This document shows, piece by piece, positions 1-14,131 of a stretch of 57,656 nucleotides of DNA (positions within the stretch are counted from its first letter, which is position 1; the number at the start of each line of letters is the position of its first letter). A model generated the notes under the pieces. It did no database searches. It saw nothing but the letters and a program-made list of their open reading frames with translations, and was not told the origin of the DNA. Origin of the DNA: Guillardia theta CCMP2712 (taxonomy: Eukaryota; Protista; Cryptophyta); the NCBI RefSeq assembly GCF_000315625.1, contig NW_005434642.1:162446-220101 (forward strand). The letters run 5' to 3'. The position numbers and the translations under genes are program-made.

Positions 1-213
1 GCACGTCTACTCCACACTCTCGTCGTCCCACCCTCCCTCCTCCTCCTCGATCTCTCGTCTCCCTCCCTCTCCCACCCTCCCACCCTCCTCTTCCCCTCCC
101 TCCTCTTCCCCTCCCTTCCTCCCTCCCTTCCACTCTTCCTCCCTCCCTCTCTTCCCTCCCCCTGGCAACCTCATCTACCCTGCCTTCTCCGTCGCCTCCT
201 CCTTCTCATGCAG

Positions 214-3200
214 CCTGTGAGATGACTCAGCTAGCGGAGGAGGAGAGGAAGGTAGAGGTTGCTCTTGCCGGCATCACCTGGATTCTGCAGGCTGAAGACG
301 TTGGCCATGGCGCCAAGGCTGCAGCAGCTGCCGCCTTGTCAGCCCTCGCAGCGGAGAGGGAGGAGAACAAGAAAAAGATAGTGGAGACCCAAGGAGCTGT
401 AGAGGCGCTGCTGGCATGTGCGAGGTACGGAGACGACAAGACAAGAGCAGCAGCAGCGTCGGCCGTTGCGAACCTCCTGGAGAACAACGTGGAGCATAAG
501 CTGCTGCTTGCTGAGCGACCCATCCTGTTCGCAGTTCTCGTCGGCCTCTTGCGCAGTGGCACAGAGAAGGCAAGATGGCATGCAGCGCGAGCTCTTGCGA
601 GCATGGCGATGCTGGCAGAGCTCCGAACAGTCATCGCAGGAGAGGCAGGAGCAGTAGATGAGCTGATCAGGCTGTGCCGCGATGGGGGAGAGGAGGCAAC
701 CAAGTCAGCAGTTTGCGCCCTAGCGAACTTGTTTGACAACAGCAGGCGGAACTGCGAGGACTTTGCGCAGGCTCAGCGGGGATTCGTGACTCTAGTCGAT
801 ATCGCAGGGAGCGGGTCGAGGGAATGCAAGAAGCATGCGATACGTGCGCTTGCAAACCTTTCACTGCCTCCTCCCAACAAGTTGAAACTCGCTAAGACCC
901 CTCGCGCTGTCTCTGTGCTGCTTGCAGCCCTTGAGCAGGAGGAGGAAGAGGTGCAGAGCAACGCGGCTGCTGCGGTGGGGAACCTTGCCCATGGCTGCGA
1001 GGAGAGCAAACAGATCGTCTCCTCCTCCCCCCGCGCTGTTGGGGCCCTTCTGCTTGCCCTGCGGGAGGGCAACGCGGACTGTCAGAGGAACGCTGCCGCT
1101 GCGATCGCGAACCTCTGCCACGAGCATGAGCAAAGCAAGAAGATGTTCATGGAGGAGGAAGAGACGCTGACGATCCTGCGAGGCTGCCTGGCACGAGGAC
1201 GAGACGACTGCAGGAACAATGTTGCGTGCTGCATCGCCAACATAGCAGCCAAGAGCAGGGAGTACCAGGAGAGATTGTCCGGGGACGGAGAAATCATTCG
1301 TCTACTAGTCGACTGCCTGCGGCGAGGAGGGGACTTCACGGTAGCCAACGCAGCAGCTGCTCTTGCGAACTTGTCGGAGGGGTCAGAGGAAGTGAAGATG
1401 AAGATGGAGGATGAAGATGCTCTTGTTTCTTCCCTGGTCAAGGTCGCCTCCTCTGCTAGGATTGAGGAGGCGATAGAGAATGCTGTCTGTGCGATCGCAA
1501 ACCTGGCGGGAGGGAGGAGGAGGAGGAGGAAACATCTCATCGCGTCCTCTCCCGGTTGCCTCCAGATCCTAGTGCAACTCATGGCAGACAGCAACTTGGA
1601 AGTGAGGAAGAACGCGGCGGCAGCGATCGGGCACGTGGTAGAGGAGGAGGAGGAGCTGCAGGATGCTGTGAGGGAGATCCCTTTTGCTGTCAGCGGGCTA
1701 GTGAGGATGACACAGCTAGAGGAGGAGGGAGCGGAGAGGAATGCCTGCGAGGCGATCGCGAACCTCGTGAAGGGGAACAGAAGGAATCAGATCGCAGTCA
1801 TGAACATTTCGGGGGGAGCAGAAAGCGTGATGAAGCTGATGAGGAGGAGATGTCTCTCTCCCTCCTCCTCTCCCTCCTCCTCTCCCTCCTCCTCTTCCTG
1901 TGTAGCAGCGTTGATGGCTCTTGCGAACTTGACTGAGAGCTGCGAGGAAATGGGTAAGAAGGTGATGGAGTCGCCAGCGTCGATGCAAGTGATAGTAGCG
2001 CTGCTCAAGGAAGAGGGCGAGAAGAGGAACTTTGCTGTTGACATCCTCGCCAACGTCTCAGAGGTGGTGGCGGTGAGGGAGAGGATGGGGGAAGTCGGGG
2101 ATCTGTTCCCCCTCCTCTCCGTAGCTCTCCTCGACCAGAGATCGAGCGTGAGAGCGTCTTATGCCCTCCTGCGCCTCCTCGAGACGAGCCCCGACAATCG
2201 CCGCCGCCTTCTCCTTCAGTCTCCTTCCTGCATCGAGAATCTGTCATCGAACCTTTCCTCCTGCTCCCTCCCTGCTTGCATACACTGCGCTCTCTGCCTC
2301 TTCCTCCTCTCCCACAACAACCATAAGGTCTCTGCTCTTGTAGCTCAGACCAGCGGGTCCGTCGATCGTCTGCTCAAGGTGATGAAGGAGATTCTTTCTT
2401 CCTTGCCGGATCTCTTCGCAAAGGAGCAGGGGCAAGAGGAGGGTCAGCAGCAGCAGCAGCAGCAAAGGGACAAGGAGGACAAGGAGGACAAGGAGAGTTC
2501 GACTGGAGGAGGAAAGTCTGACATGCTTCAAGAGGAGGCTTGCAGAAGTTGTATTTTGGCGCTTGCGGCCATGGCATCAAACAAGGGGCCCAGCTACGAC
2601 GCTATCAAGCAGAGCATGCCCACCGGTTCTTCCTTAGAGGCGCTCCTCCTCCTCCTTCGCTGGAGGAGGAGGAGCAGGAGGAGGGCAGCGGGAGAGAACC
2701 CGCTCTCCAGTATCGGCAGCAGCACCATGGAGGTCTGTGCTATGTCGGCTCTTGCCAACCTGCTGGACAAGAGCGCGAGCCATGCTGTGGCGCTGGCGAT
2801 GAGGGAGGGGGCAGTCCATCTCATCCTGTCCTGCGCGCTAGAGTCTTCCAGCCGCCTCGTCCTCTTCCATGCCACCCGCGCGTTGGCCAACCTCAGCGAG
2901 ACGTACGCGGGGAGGAAGGAGGTCGGGAGAGAGGAGGAGGCACTGAAGAGGCTGGTGCAGCGAGGGAGGGAGATGGAGGAGAGAAGTCGAGGTCAGCTCC
3001 TTCGCATGCTAGGCAACTTGTGCAGGAATCACCATGCCAACAAGCAGAGGATTGGGGAGGAGGAGGAGGTGATGGACCTGCTGCTGTGGTCGCTGAGCAT
3101 GGCAGGGGAGGACAGTGCGAGTCAGGCGCTGGTGGCTCTGCGGGGGTTAAGTGAGAATGACATGAAGAACACGATGAGACTTGTAGAGCAGCCGAATATG

Positions 3201-6064
3201 CTGGAAATTGTGATGATGCTGATTACTCGAGGAGTGAAGCAGGTAAGTGCAATGATGTCTCTTCTCATCGGTATGAAGGCTGTGCTGTCTTTGAGTTGTT
3301 AGTTTTTACCTCGTCGTCAACACAAGTTTATGTCCAACATGCTCTGCTTGTTTGTTCGCTGTTTGCTGCCAAGCTTTTAATCTTTTCTGATCGAAGTTGC
3401 TCAGGTGGAGGTTGAGCAATACCGATGGCAACAAGAGGAATGGCAAAAGATCTGGGATCTTGGAACGATCAGAACATTGTCAAACGACAAGTATGGGAGG
3501 TATGCCGATGAAACTGAGGGAGAAGACAACTACAACTGGAGGAGAGACGATTGCGATCAAGAGAAGTGGATCATTGTCGAAACTTTCCTGTTTGTTGCAA
3601 ACCTCGCCATCAGTGAAAGCTTCAGGAGCAAGCTAGTGGAGAGATCGAAGACGATGATTGAAGTGATGCTGGCGATGATGGAGTTGCCCTTCTTGCTTGT
3701 CAAGTCGGCAGCGATGAGAGCTCTCGGTGCCATCTGCTGCAACTCAGAGGTCCTCTCAGAGAAAGTCTGCAGAGACAACGAGGGCATGAAGAGGATGTTG
3801 GTGACGTGCTTGGAGGAAGAGGAGGTGAACGAGGATGTTGTCTTCTACATGTCACGGGGGCTGCTCAATATCTGTGACTCATCTCATATTGCAAAGAAGA
3901 TCTTGAGCTCAGATGAAGCAAACCTCGACATGCTGACCCGAGTTGCTATGAAACGAGCAAACATGTCAGCGATGGGTAACTTCTGCTATCTGTTTGCAAA
4001 TCTTGTCGAGTTCGACGATGTAACGCTCAAGAGAGTATCGGACAGCGAAGCTTCAATCAGTCTTCTCATACAATCACTGCAACAAGATGGAAATCAGTTT
4101 GCTGTGAGCCATTCAGCTCGAGCTCTTGCTGCCATCGTCGAGAACGATCCGAGGAGAGGAGATGCGATGTTGCAAGATTTTCAACTTGTTGAGAAGATCG
4201 TCTCCCACCTCGTCGTTGACAACGACAAATCAGTTGCGCATGTGTGTAAGCTGATCAAGAGCTTTTGCTCGCCTAAGAAGCAATCAAACCTTTCTGTCCG
4301 TCATGTCTTGCGACGCAAACATCTTCTCGGGCAGAAGTTTGACTGCGTCAACAAGATCGTTGACGTTGCTATGAACTCAAGTTCGAACGTCAGGCTGAAT
4401 GCACTGAATGCGATTCTTGCAGTCATGTCACATCACAAAGACAACCTGCAAACTTTTATTTGGTGAGAACAAACTCCCCCCTCTCTACCTTTCTCCCTCC
4501 CTCTTGCTCTCTTCGATTTTGTTGCAATTTTCATCCAACCTCCTCGTCCCTCCTTGTCTGCCCCTCTCTCTCCTTCTTCTCTTCCTCGTCCTTCCTCTCC
4601 AGTTTTCCCACCCCTCTCCTCTCCTCTCCTCTCCTCTCCTCTCCTCTCCTCTCCTCTCCTCTCCTCTCCTCTCCTCTCNNNNNNNNNNNNNNNNNNNNNN
4701 NNNNNNNNNNNNNNNNNNNNNNNNNNNNNNNNNNNNNNNNNNNNNNNNNNNNNNNNNNNNNNNNNNNNNNNNNNNNNNTTGTAGGGCTCATCACCCCTTT
4801 TGAAGGATACGAAGCACGAGCGTCCCCGATGTCTCACCTACTCCAGTCTCTCCACACCGAAGGAATAGTACGCCGCACCTCTTGTCCTTGCATCCCCTCA
4901 TTTCCCGTCCACCCTAGTAGGTCATACTCTAGCGCGCACCTGCCAGAGGAGAGGAGAGGAGAGGAGAGGAGAGGAGAGGAGAGGAGAGCAGGGAGGAGAG
5001 TTGACGTTTTTGACAGGCGGCAAGGTGTATTGAGATGATCGCCAGAAACGAGTTGGAAAAGGTTGAGAAGCTGATTGACGACGTGTTCACTCTGCGATCC
5101 AAGGTCAATCAAGTTCTGCATCCTCCGCTTGTTTTGTCGTTTGTTGTCGACCTCGAAGACTTTGTCGTAGCAGCGAGCGAGGAGGAGGAGATGGTCAAGA
5201 AGGCTTTTCATCAGTCAGCCGCAGAGTTCGAGGGGGTCGAGGTGACGGATGCAAGGGTCAAGGGCTTCCAAGGGGACGAGAACAGCACGAGGATGGAGCT
5301 TGCCGTCGAGTTTGACACGAGCGAGAAAACAGAGAAAGAGATCAACTTGGCGTTTGATAATTGGATGGAGAAGCAAGCTTTCAGCAAGTGCTTGACGGTG
5401 AGTTATGGACCAAGTTTGCAGATAGAAAGCATGATGGAAACGATTGTGATGAAGATGACAGAAGAACAGAGGCATTTTCAAGGCAGATGAGGGACGGGGG
5501 GAGGAGGAGAAGGAGGGACAAGAATGAAAAAGAAGTGCTAATGATAGCGGATATGTGAGGTTATCATGTCTAACAAGAGATTGTTTCTTCGCAACACAGA
5601 ACTTCGGGATGATTGTCAAGAGGGCGAAGTTGGTCGGAGCTGTTCGCATGGCTAGCAAGGAATCTCTCTCTGCAAGCAGCTTCCTCAAACTGGTTTGTGT
5701 GCAAACATTCAATCTTAGTGCTTCTTGCTGACAAGAGGCTGATGGCAGTTGGAGAAGTTCAAAGGATATCAAGAACTGTTGAGCAACATGGAAAACATCG
5801 ATGAAGGCAGATTGCACAAATTCATGTCGACAATTTCAAACCAGTATCTAGCGGAGCTTGTGAAGGATGAAGACAAGGAGGACGAGGACGAGGACGCGGA
5901 GGAGGAGGAGGACGAGGAGGAAGGAAAAAGGAGTATCGACAGGTCGTGGGAGAGATTGTGCTTGCAAGGCATCAAGTATGCTATGGGTGAGGTGTTGGAG
6001 GTTGCAGAGGAGAGGATGGGAGAAGAGCAGCAGGATGGGAAGGCGACAATGAGTGAAATGGTGA

Positions 6065-6138
<74 letters not shown>

Positions 6139-7386
6139 CAAGAGAATCAGAAGGAGGAGGAAGGAGGGACGGGGTTGGCGCTGGCTGAGTTTGGAGTCAG
6201 AGGAAGACGACGAAGGACTGCAGGAATGCGCTGGTTGAACCCCGATAGACTCCTGCCACATGCTGAGAGACTGTGCGAGGAGACCAATCTTCTCCGAGAG
6301 GTCTTCAACATCGTGTTTTCCTCCTCTTCCTCCTCCTCTTCCTCCTCCTCCTCTACGTCGTCATTGCTGCGTGCAAGCCTTTCTCGCTCGATCTCGTACT
6401 TGGCCAGCAGGCAACTGGAGGAAGAGGAGCGAGCAACAGATGAAGCCTACTTCCTTGACTGCGTCCTCCTCCTTGTACGGTACGGGAGCAGCAGCAGCAA
6501 ACTGGAGGGTCTCCGTGGTCTGCTCCTCCTCTGTATGTCTCACCCTCGAGTTATGCGGCTGATCGCTAAGGAGGAGGGGATACGCATCCTTGCGCAGTGC
6601 CTGGAGGAGGGGACAATGCGAGGGAGGGTGCTTGCCTGCTCGGTGCTTGCTTGCCTCTCTGCCCAGCTCGAGCATTCTCGACTGTTCCTGCAGGTTGAAG
6701 GACTCTTGGTAGGTCTGTTGGAGCTCGGAGAGGAGGAGGGCGAGGAGGTGGAGGAGGAGGGCAAGGAAGCTGCAGCACTAGTACTTGCCAACCTCTCGGA
6801 GGACCAGAACAACGCTGCTCGCCTCCTGCTGGACGATCGTGTCATCCTCTTCCTGGCTAGCTGCGTCTCCTTCGGAAGCCTTGCTGCCTCCTGCTCCGCC
6901 ATCCACGCGCTCTCCCTCCTTCCCATCGCTGACTTGCCCCTGGACAACTTCCGCATCGTGCACACGAGGACAGAGTGGCTGGTAGCTCCCAGCAGGGAGA
7001 CCTCTCTCCTGCTCGAAGGAGCAAGCAGCTCCGCCTTCTCCTCTGGCCTCCTGCAGGTTCTCATCGGAGGATCCCCTCAAAATCAGATCGACTGCGTCCG
7101 CCTCCTCCTCAAACTCTCTGGCGACAACGCGCTCATCCTCCTCCTTCTCCAGACCCCCGGGACCCTCCAGGTCCTCATCCGCCTCCTAGGCCTTGCCTCC
7201 CCGGAAGCCAGCGAGCATGCAGCAGGGGTGCTGTATAGGCTCTCACTAGAGCGGACAGCACGGGCACAGGTGGGGATGGTAGAAGAGAGCCTCGCGGAGC
7301 TTGCTGGTGTGATGGACCAGGGAAGCACTGTTGCTCAGGTACTCCCAATTAATCTCCTCTCGTTCCTCCTTGTTCTCCTCCTCGTT

Positions 7387-7466
<80 letters not shown>

Positions 7467-8091
7467 TTCACTCATTTGTCTGTTTCTCATTCTATTGTTC
7501 TCATTCCTCCTTACTCTGCTCCTTAATTCCTCCTCCTCCCTTTCCCTTCTCTACCTGTTTCTTCTCAACTGACATCTCCTCCTCCTCCTCCTCCTCCTCC
7601 TCCTCCTCCTCCTGCTGCTGCTGGTCATTTGTTTTCTCTCACCACCACACAAAAAAAAAGGAGGAAAAGGAAAGACGGCGCCTCCCCCCTCCTCCACCCT
7701 CGTTATGAAAAAGAGGAGAACGACAAAATCAACAGCGACATCGACGCGGGGGTGGGAAAAAGAAAGAAAGGGGAGGGGGGAGGGGGATCGTGGGCCCCCA
7801 ACGCCATGAGGAGGGTGAGGGGGAAAGTAAAAAGAATTTTTCCCCCCCCCCCCCCGTGTCTCACAGAACATGGCCTCTGCTGCTCTTCTCAACTTCATCG
7901 ACTGTCCAGAGAACCAGGCGAGGCTGAAAGAAGCTTCCTCCTCCATCGACGTCCTCCTACGTCTTGCAGAGGAGAGCGGCAACCAAGTCGTCAGGAGGAG
8001 CGCGGCTGGCGTGCTGAGGATGATCATGGAGGGGGTGGGAGGGTTCAAGGCCATGAGGATCAGGAGGAGGCTGGAGGGGATGAAGATATGA
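214..8091 (+). CDS. Very large multi-exon armadillo (ARM)-repeat protein, probably 5'-truncated by the window
   Basis: ORFs 222-3302, 3405-4466, 5035-5490, 5749-7330 and 7870-8091 are joined by GT-AG introns (e.g. CAG|GTAAGT at 3243). Most carry ARM-type motifs (NAAAAIANL, HAARALASM, EAAALVLANLS). Bases 1-213 are a polypyrimidine tract ending in CAG, so 214 is probably an acceptor. An N-gap lies inside. Confidence 0.8.
4614..4678. repeat. (CTCCT)n intronic microsatellite running into the assembly gap
   Basis: Pentamer array seen directly. Confidence 0.95.
4679..4778. other. Assembly gap (100 N)
   Basis: Run of N. Confidence 1.
6067..6138 (+). repeat. (GAGCAG)n coding repeat giving poly-(EQ)
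   Basis: Seen directly within an ARM gene exon. Confidence 0.9.
7388..7464. repeat. (ATC)n intronic microsatellite
   Basis: About 25 ATC units downstream of the donor CAG|GTAC near 7339. Confidence 0.9.
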
Positions 8092-8220
8092 AAAGTTTTG
8101 CGCCACATTTCCGCTTCAATAGAAAAACTTTTGACGTAAAAGGAGGAGGAGAAGGAGAAGGTGGCAGCAGCAGCAGCAGCAGGAGGAGGAGGAGGAGGAG
8201 GAGGAGGAGGAGGAGGATGA

Positions 8221-11200
8221 TCAGACACGGATCTTTGAGCCACTTTGGAACCAGTGGGCAGATGTCTTGTACATGTCGTCATCGAACACTCGAACCAGAG
8301 GCTTTCCTAGGATGTCAGTCTGCGTGCGCGCCAACTCCTGCAGCAAACGGTCAGCCAGTCGCAGTGTCGATGATGATTGAAAGCGTGCAGCACAGAAACG
8401 ACGATGAGACCCCATGTGCAGACAGTCGAACTTTCTGTGCAACTCGACGTGCCAAACAAGATCCCCTCAACATAGCTGAACATGGTACAGATCGCAATAC
8501 AAGCATGTCACCGGAGCTGTTCTCGCCCTGTTTTTCTTGTCAGCCCACTTGCTAGCAAATCGATTCTCAGTCTCATAGGAAGAGCTAAGGCCTGAAACGT
8601 CCGTTAATATCTCAAACTCCTTCCCTTCCCCTCCCTTCCACTCCCTTCCACTCCCTTCCACTCCCTTCCACTCCCTTCCACTCTTATCTCTCCTCGTACC
8701 CATCATCTTCTCTGGGAATCTTCGATCGTAAAACGTCTCCTCGAAGGGCTTCACTTTGATCTGCTTTGCCTTGGGCGGCAGCACAGAGTGAAGAAGCTCA
8801 AAATTTCTCTGCTCAGACCAGTTGCTGTTCAGGAAGACCATCAAGAAGTACTAGTGAATCGAAGGGCAAATACGCTATGAGCACTGAAGACGAGAATCTG
8901 GAGTTGGAGAAGCCTCCTCGCAGGCTGTTGCAGTTGATAGCCGTCGGTCGAAGATGCACCTGAGAGTCTGTCGGATCAGAGAAGCAGGGAGGGGAGAGAA
9001 GTAGCGGAGGTTATCAGGTGAAGGTGAACGATGATGAGGAGGAGGAGGAGAGAACGAGGACGGAAGAGCAACGGGGTAGCAAGTGAGCATGACCTGAGTA
9101 GGAAGGCTCCTGCTCATCGACGCCTCCTGCAGCAACCTCCTGCTGATCTCCCCGCTCCCCCGCACCATGTCGCGCATTTTATAACTGCCAACCCAACAAA
9201 GTGGGGTCAGGAAGCGAAGCAAAGGCTATTTTGAGGGGGTAGGGGTGGTGGGGGCAAACAGAGAACACGTCGGAATCTCTGGAAGCGAGGCGGGTGGATA
9301 GCGAGGGAGAAGAGCGAGGGAGGAAGGGAGCGAGCGAGCGAGGAAGGGAGCGAGGGAGGAGGGCGAGGGGAGGAGAGTGAAGGGAGCAGAGCAAGGGAGC
9401 AGAGCGAGGGAGGAGCAATCGTAGCTTTCTGCATACTCGTGGTGTATTCGAACAAGATTTTAATGTTAGAGGTGCGAAGAGGGGAGGGAGGGAGGGAGGG
9501 AGGGAGGAGGTAGGAAGGGGTTTTGATCGTCAGTGATTGCTCGCTAGCGCGGCGAGGGATGCCGAGACCTTGTGCATTGCTTTCTCGAAGAGATTGTGAA
9601 CCTTGAGCTCTACCTCCACGAGCTGTTCACATGCTGTCATGCCGCCGACTTCATAAGGTCCACAACCCTCACCTGCTGCGGCACATACTCCTTGTCGTAG
9701 GTCACGTTCACCTGGCAAACGTGACGCTCGTTAACTCCTCAACTCGCACACCCCTCTCTCCTCTCCTTCTCTCCTCCCTCCATGTTTTACCCCCTCCTCC
9801 CCTCCCTCCTCCCCGCCCGCCCTCCCTCCCTTTTCCCGGGCCTCGCTCGCTCGCTCCATCTATGTGTCACTCCCTCCTCTCCGCCCTGAGCTCCCTCCGC
9901 CCACCTTGCTCGTCCTTCCCCCGGTCTGAGGCTTCCAGGCTTCAATCCCGCCCTTCGTTGGCCTTCAATTGTAGCACAACAATGACAGCATGGAGAGCTA
10001 CCTCAATCAAGTTTTGTAGTTCCTGCAGCACAAACATGAGAAGAAATGATCGTATGAGGGAGGAGGAGGAGGATATAATGTTCAGAGCGATAAGAAAGGA
10101 TACTATGAGAACAAGGATGCGAAGAACAATGTAGGCGATGGTGAGCAGGAAAGAGGAGTAGAAGAGGAGGAGAGGACGGGAGGGGAGGGGAGCGGGGGTG
10201 ATGCTGGGGAGAGGCCTCAACCTGGGGGAGCGCGCTGAGAATACGGAACCTATCGTTCTTGGAGGCTCCAATCTGAGGACGAGCTCAGGGACGGTTAACG
10301 GGCCGAGCTCCGACACTTCATCACCTGCTTCCAGACGCTCTCGGAGAGCAGGGGGACCGCATCGACGGTCACGAACTTCTCAGCTAGCTTCAAGCCGATC
10401 TGCCGATGGACCAACCGTACTGTCACTTGGTTGCCCGAGACTGAGCTGGGTATTCCCTCACCTTCCGAACGTTAGCCTTGTCAGCCAGGGAGATGAGTTG
10501 TTGTTTCCCCTCGTAATCCCCTGGGAGTAAATGGAATAAGGACGAATGTAAAGGCGGCAAATGAATCTCTCAGACTCGCACCTGTCACCATATTGTATTT
10601 CGCCATGTACTTTCCCAACGTCAGGTGCCACTTGTCCAAGATCTGCTTGCCCTCCGTCTGTCGTCTGTTAGCGAGCATCCATCTCCTCTCACTACTCACC
10701 ACCGTTGCCCCAAGGCCCGGCTGCGACTGAATCTGCGCACACAAAGGGAATGAATCGCCTGGGATGCTGAGATCCCCACACCTTCTGGAGAGCCATCTGT
10801 AGTCGAGATGGCGCTTGTGTAAGATTCAGTATCAGGGGGAGGATCTTTATCTTGTCCAACTCCTTGATCTGTGCCAGCGTCAGCCATTCAAGAGCACAGG
10901 AGAGGCTCACTCTACCTCGTGAGCGACACGGGAGCTCGACCGGCTCTCTATCGCAGCTTCCAGCTCCTGCAAGGGACTCCGGTCATCGTTCCATCCAATT
11001 GCAAGAGGGCACGACATTGAAGGCAGAGTCGACGTCCTTCATCCTCGCCGGGGGTCTCTTGACCTTAACGACCTCCTTGAGTTTTGCGTGCAAAGACGCT
11101 GCCTTGGCATCCATCTGCTGCTTCTTGGCTATAGAATCGCTGCTCTTCTTGACTTCCGGTGGGTGTGCGTTTGACTGGGAAGGAGCCTGAGGTTTTGGTG

Positions 11201-13400
11201 CATTCTTCAACCCTGTTGCGGAGGGATTCAGTGGGATTCAAGATAAAGAAGCGTCTTCGTCTACCCAGCGCTTTCCCTGCAGTCTGAAAAGACAGCGTCA
11301 ACTGTTCAAAATGTTCGCAGGAGACGGGCATCACCGGTTTCGGCCGCTTCGCATCTTGTTCGGTACCAGCAGATCCATCCAGTGGCCGTTTCTATCGTGT
11401 CATCAGAGAACAAGGGCGTGCGATGGATAGAGACAGGCAGACCTTGGACGACTTGGCTTCGCCCTTTTTCTTGCTCGCAACCTTCGCATCCGGTGGAGAT
11501 GATCCATTTTCTTTCGACTTGGACACTTTCTCAAGCTCCTTGCTCACAGGGTCAGCAACAAAGAGGAAGGTAGCAGGGCAGCCCAGGCACCTTGGTGACA
11601 GGATTCACTTTCAGTATCTTTGGTCCTTTTTTTGAGTCAAGTTGCTGCAAATTGATTTGAGCTGCAAAGAGGGGGGCAAGGTTGAAATACAGTGTAGACG
11701 AAATCCATCACAGGGTAGGGATATGGAAATTTTTCACAGCAGAGGCGAACAAAGTCTTGAATGCTCAGCAGCCCGTATGGTAGCTGACAAGGTCAAAATG
11801 TTAGCTTCAAAACTGGTTCAAGAAAACAGCAAGAATTCGGTTCACTTGATTCGACAACGGTTTCTCCAAAAAGTTCGGGTCTGCCAAGGAATGCAACTCT
11901 CCACTGGCTGGAATTCAAGTAAATCATCAGACTCCAACAAGACTCCAGCCCTGCACTCACATAGTTCATCCTTCTCTTGCCCCTTCGCATCCCAGACGTA
12001 CGAGCAACACCATTCGGCATTTTGCTATCAAGGCGTCAGCACAACCTTCATGTCTGATGGAGAAAACCATCAGGTATTTCTCGGGGTTTTTCGGCTCCAC
12101 TTTACTGAAGTACACCTGACCAAGGCCAAGGTAAGACACGCGGCGCATCTGAGATGTTCTGTGCCTTGAAAGGCTTGCGCAGAGCATCCAGTGAAACCAC
12201 GTCCAAGTGAAATGATAGCAAGATGCTCCTGGAAGTCCTTTCAAGGTCAACTCCCTAGAACGAGATCAGTTCACGCTCTTCTTCATGGCATTTTAGTCTC
12301 TTTGAAAGTGAGCACAGCACATGTATTCATCGTCTCGTACCTTCTTCCGGTACCTCGCTACGCACACCTTTGATATTTCTCGTGACTGGTAGTACCAATA
12401 CAGGACCACAAAAAACCTACAGTAAAGCAAGTGACTAGAACTCTGTTGGAGGAAATCACCATCGAACACACTCACCGCCCACACTCCTCGATTGCTTTCT
12501 GCGATCCCCCCTCACCGATAGCGACAATCTTGCCCAAGAACGGCATACTGAACGAGGGTGAGTTGGGCAGCACTTGTGCCTGACCGCTACAATGCCGCAC
12601 CTCCCTTCGTCTGCCGCCACAAAGCAATTATCCAACAACTGAGCCGGAACGTGTCAGACAGAGCAAGCACGTCCTCTCTCTGCAATTGCCTTGTATTCAC
12701 GGCGACTCGTCTTGATTGATTGATAGAGCTGCGCTCCCTCACGGTCTCCTGCATGCCTGCATGACCAACGTGCGATTCCTCCTCAACAGCTTGCCTGATA
12801 TCACTTTGAGCAGTTCACCACTTTCCGTGCGCAGAGGAGGGCCAGGGAAGTATCGAGGACCCTCCGCTGATTCTTTGTCCTCCTCCTCCTCCTCCTCCTC
12901 TGGCCCTCGAGTGCCTTCGTCATTGAATACACTTCTTTTGACCTTTTGCTTCTTCGGCTTCCAGTGTTCACGGGTCTCTGTGCAGCAGACATGAGACATA
13001 GGACATGAGACGTAGGTCATCAGACGTAGGACATCGCACATCGCACATCGCACATCAGGAGAAGGTGCCATACCATTCAGGTCATCTTCAGCAGAACCCA
13101 TCCTCCATAGATGTGTGAACAATGGGGCAGGCTCCCTCGTTTTCTCACTTGTGACCTGTTGTGCTGCAAGCTGTAAAACAACTCAGAGGCGGCAACAAAC
13201 TTCAGCAAGCGGACTAAAACATGGCGAGCCTACGCTGAGTGAGAGGGAGACTAAACAGAGGCAAAACAAATCGGTTCGTGGGAAGACTCGCGCTTCTAGA
13301 ACGGTTTAGCTCGCCCATTTAAGCCACCTTTTCCTCGACCACCACTGTTTTGTCGATGTTGAAATCCTAGTATGCCCCTTCTGCCTAGTCCTCATTCTTG
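8221..13400 (-). CDS. Multi-exon hypothetical gene (possibly more than one); possible N-terminal hydrophobic segment
   Basis: Series of minus-strand exon-like peptides bounded by GT/AG: DLFCLCLVSLSLS; ETREHWKPKK...; QIKELDKIKILPLILNL; YFLMVFLNSNWSEQRNFELLHSVLPP...; final ELARTQTDILGKPLVRVFDDDMYK...KIRV*. No family recognised. Confidence 0.45.
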
Positions 13401-14093
13401 TCATCATCATCGCTATCATCATCATCCATCCATCACTGTCTCGTCCTCTCATCTCCCTCCAACCCCATGACGAGCGCACGCCAGGCAAGGCATCATAATG
13501 GAATAGAAGATGATCTCGACTCTTTTTCTCTGCCCCAGGTATTGAGTGCTGAGGCGTGCCGGCGGCGGCATCCGGTGCGGGGCCGGGCCCGGGGCGTGCC
13601 ATCATGGATCGACCCCTGAGTCATACCCGGCGGCGGGCACCGTCGGGCCTGTGGACCGCGGCACTCGCGGCCGGTGCCGGATGTCCTGATCGAGATCCGA
13701 TGATGGCGGCATAGGATCGGACTCGGATCATGCTGAGTCCGTGCCCACCGTCGGATCATGGCCGGGTGAGCTTTCCCGGCTCGAGGCTCCGGGCTCGTGT
13801 TAAGTTGGCGTACGACGGGGGGGTCACAGTGTGCTTCCGGTAATGATCGGACGGGAGTACTGCGCGTCGGCGCCAGTTGACTCGTGACGGTCACCTGGCA
13901 CCCGGCGGGGCCCGGGCCACTGCGCGTGCCGCGTGGCCGGCGGCCACTGGAGTCAGGGCCACGGATTGAGAGTCTCGGAATTCCAGCTAGTCACTGAGTG
14001 TACCAAGCCCCCCGCGATTCCGGCGAGGGGGCCCGGCCCCCGGCCGCCGCCGAGCCTCTCCGCATTGATCATCGGATGACCTAACTCCCTATG

Positions 14094-14131
14094 GTCCTCG
14101 TACTGATTTTTAACTTAACTTTGAGTAAAGG
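14094..14131 (+). repeat. Dispersed AT-rich element A, copy 1 (GTCCTCGTACTGATTTTTAACTTAACTTTGAGTAAAGG)
   Basis: Identical apart from a 1-nt indel to 52735-52771; its last 30 nt match the reverse complement of 36401-36430 at 29/30. Confidence 0.9.

Noticed and set aside
7339-7572. Poly-Ile hydrophobic C-terminus of ORF 5749-7572 as a TM domain
   Set aside because: Read-through into an (ATC)n intron after a CAG|GT donor; ARM sequence resumes near 7867.
14094-14131. Motif A as a spliced-leader RNA gene
   Set aside because: Sequence downstream of the donor-like site is not conserved between copies and no shared Sm site follows. Kept only as a testable alternative.
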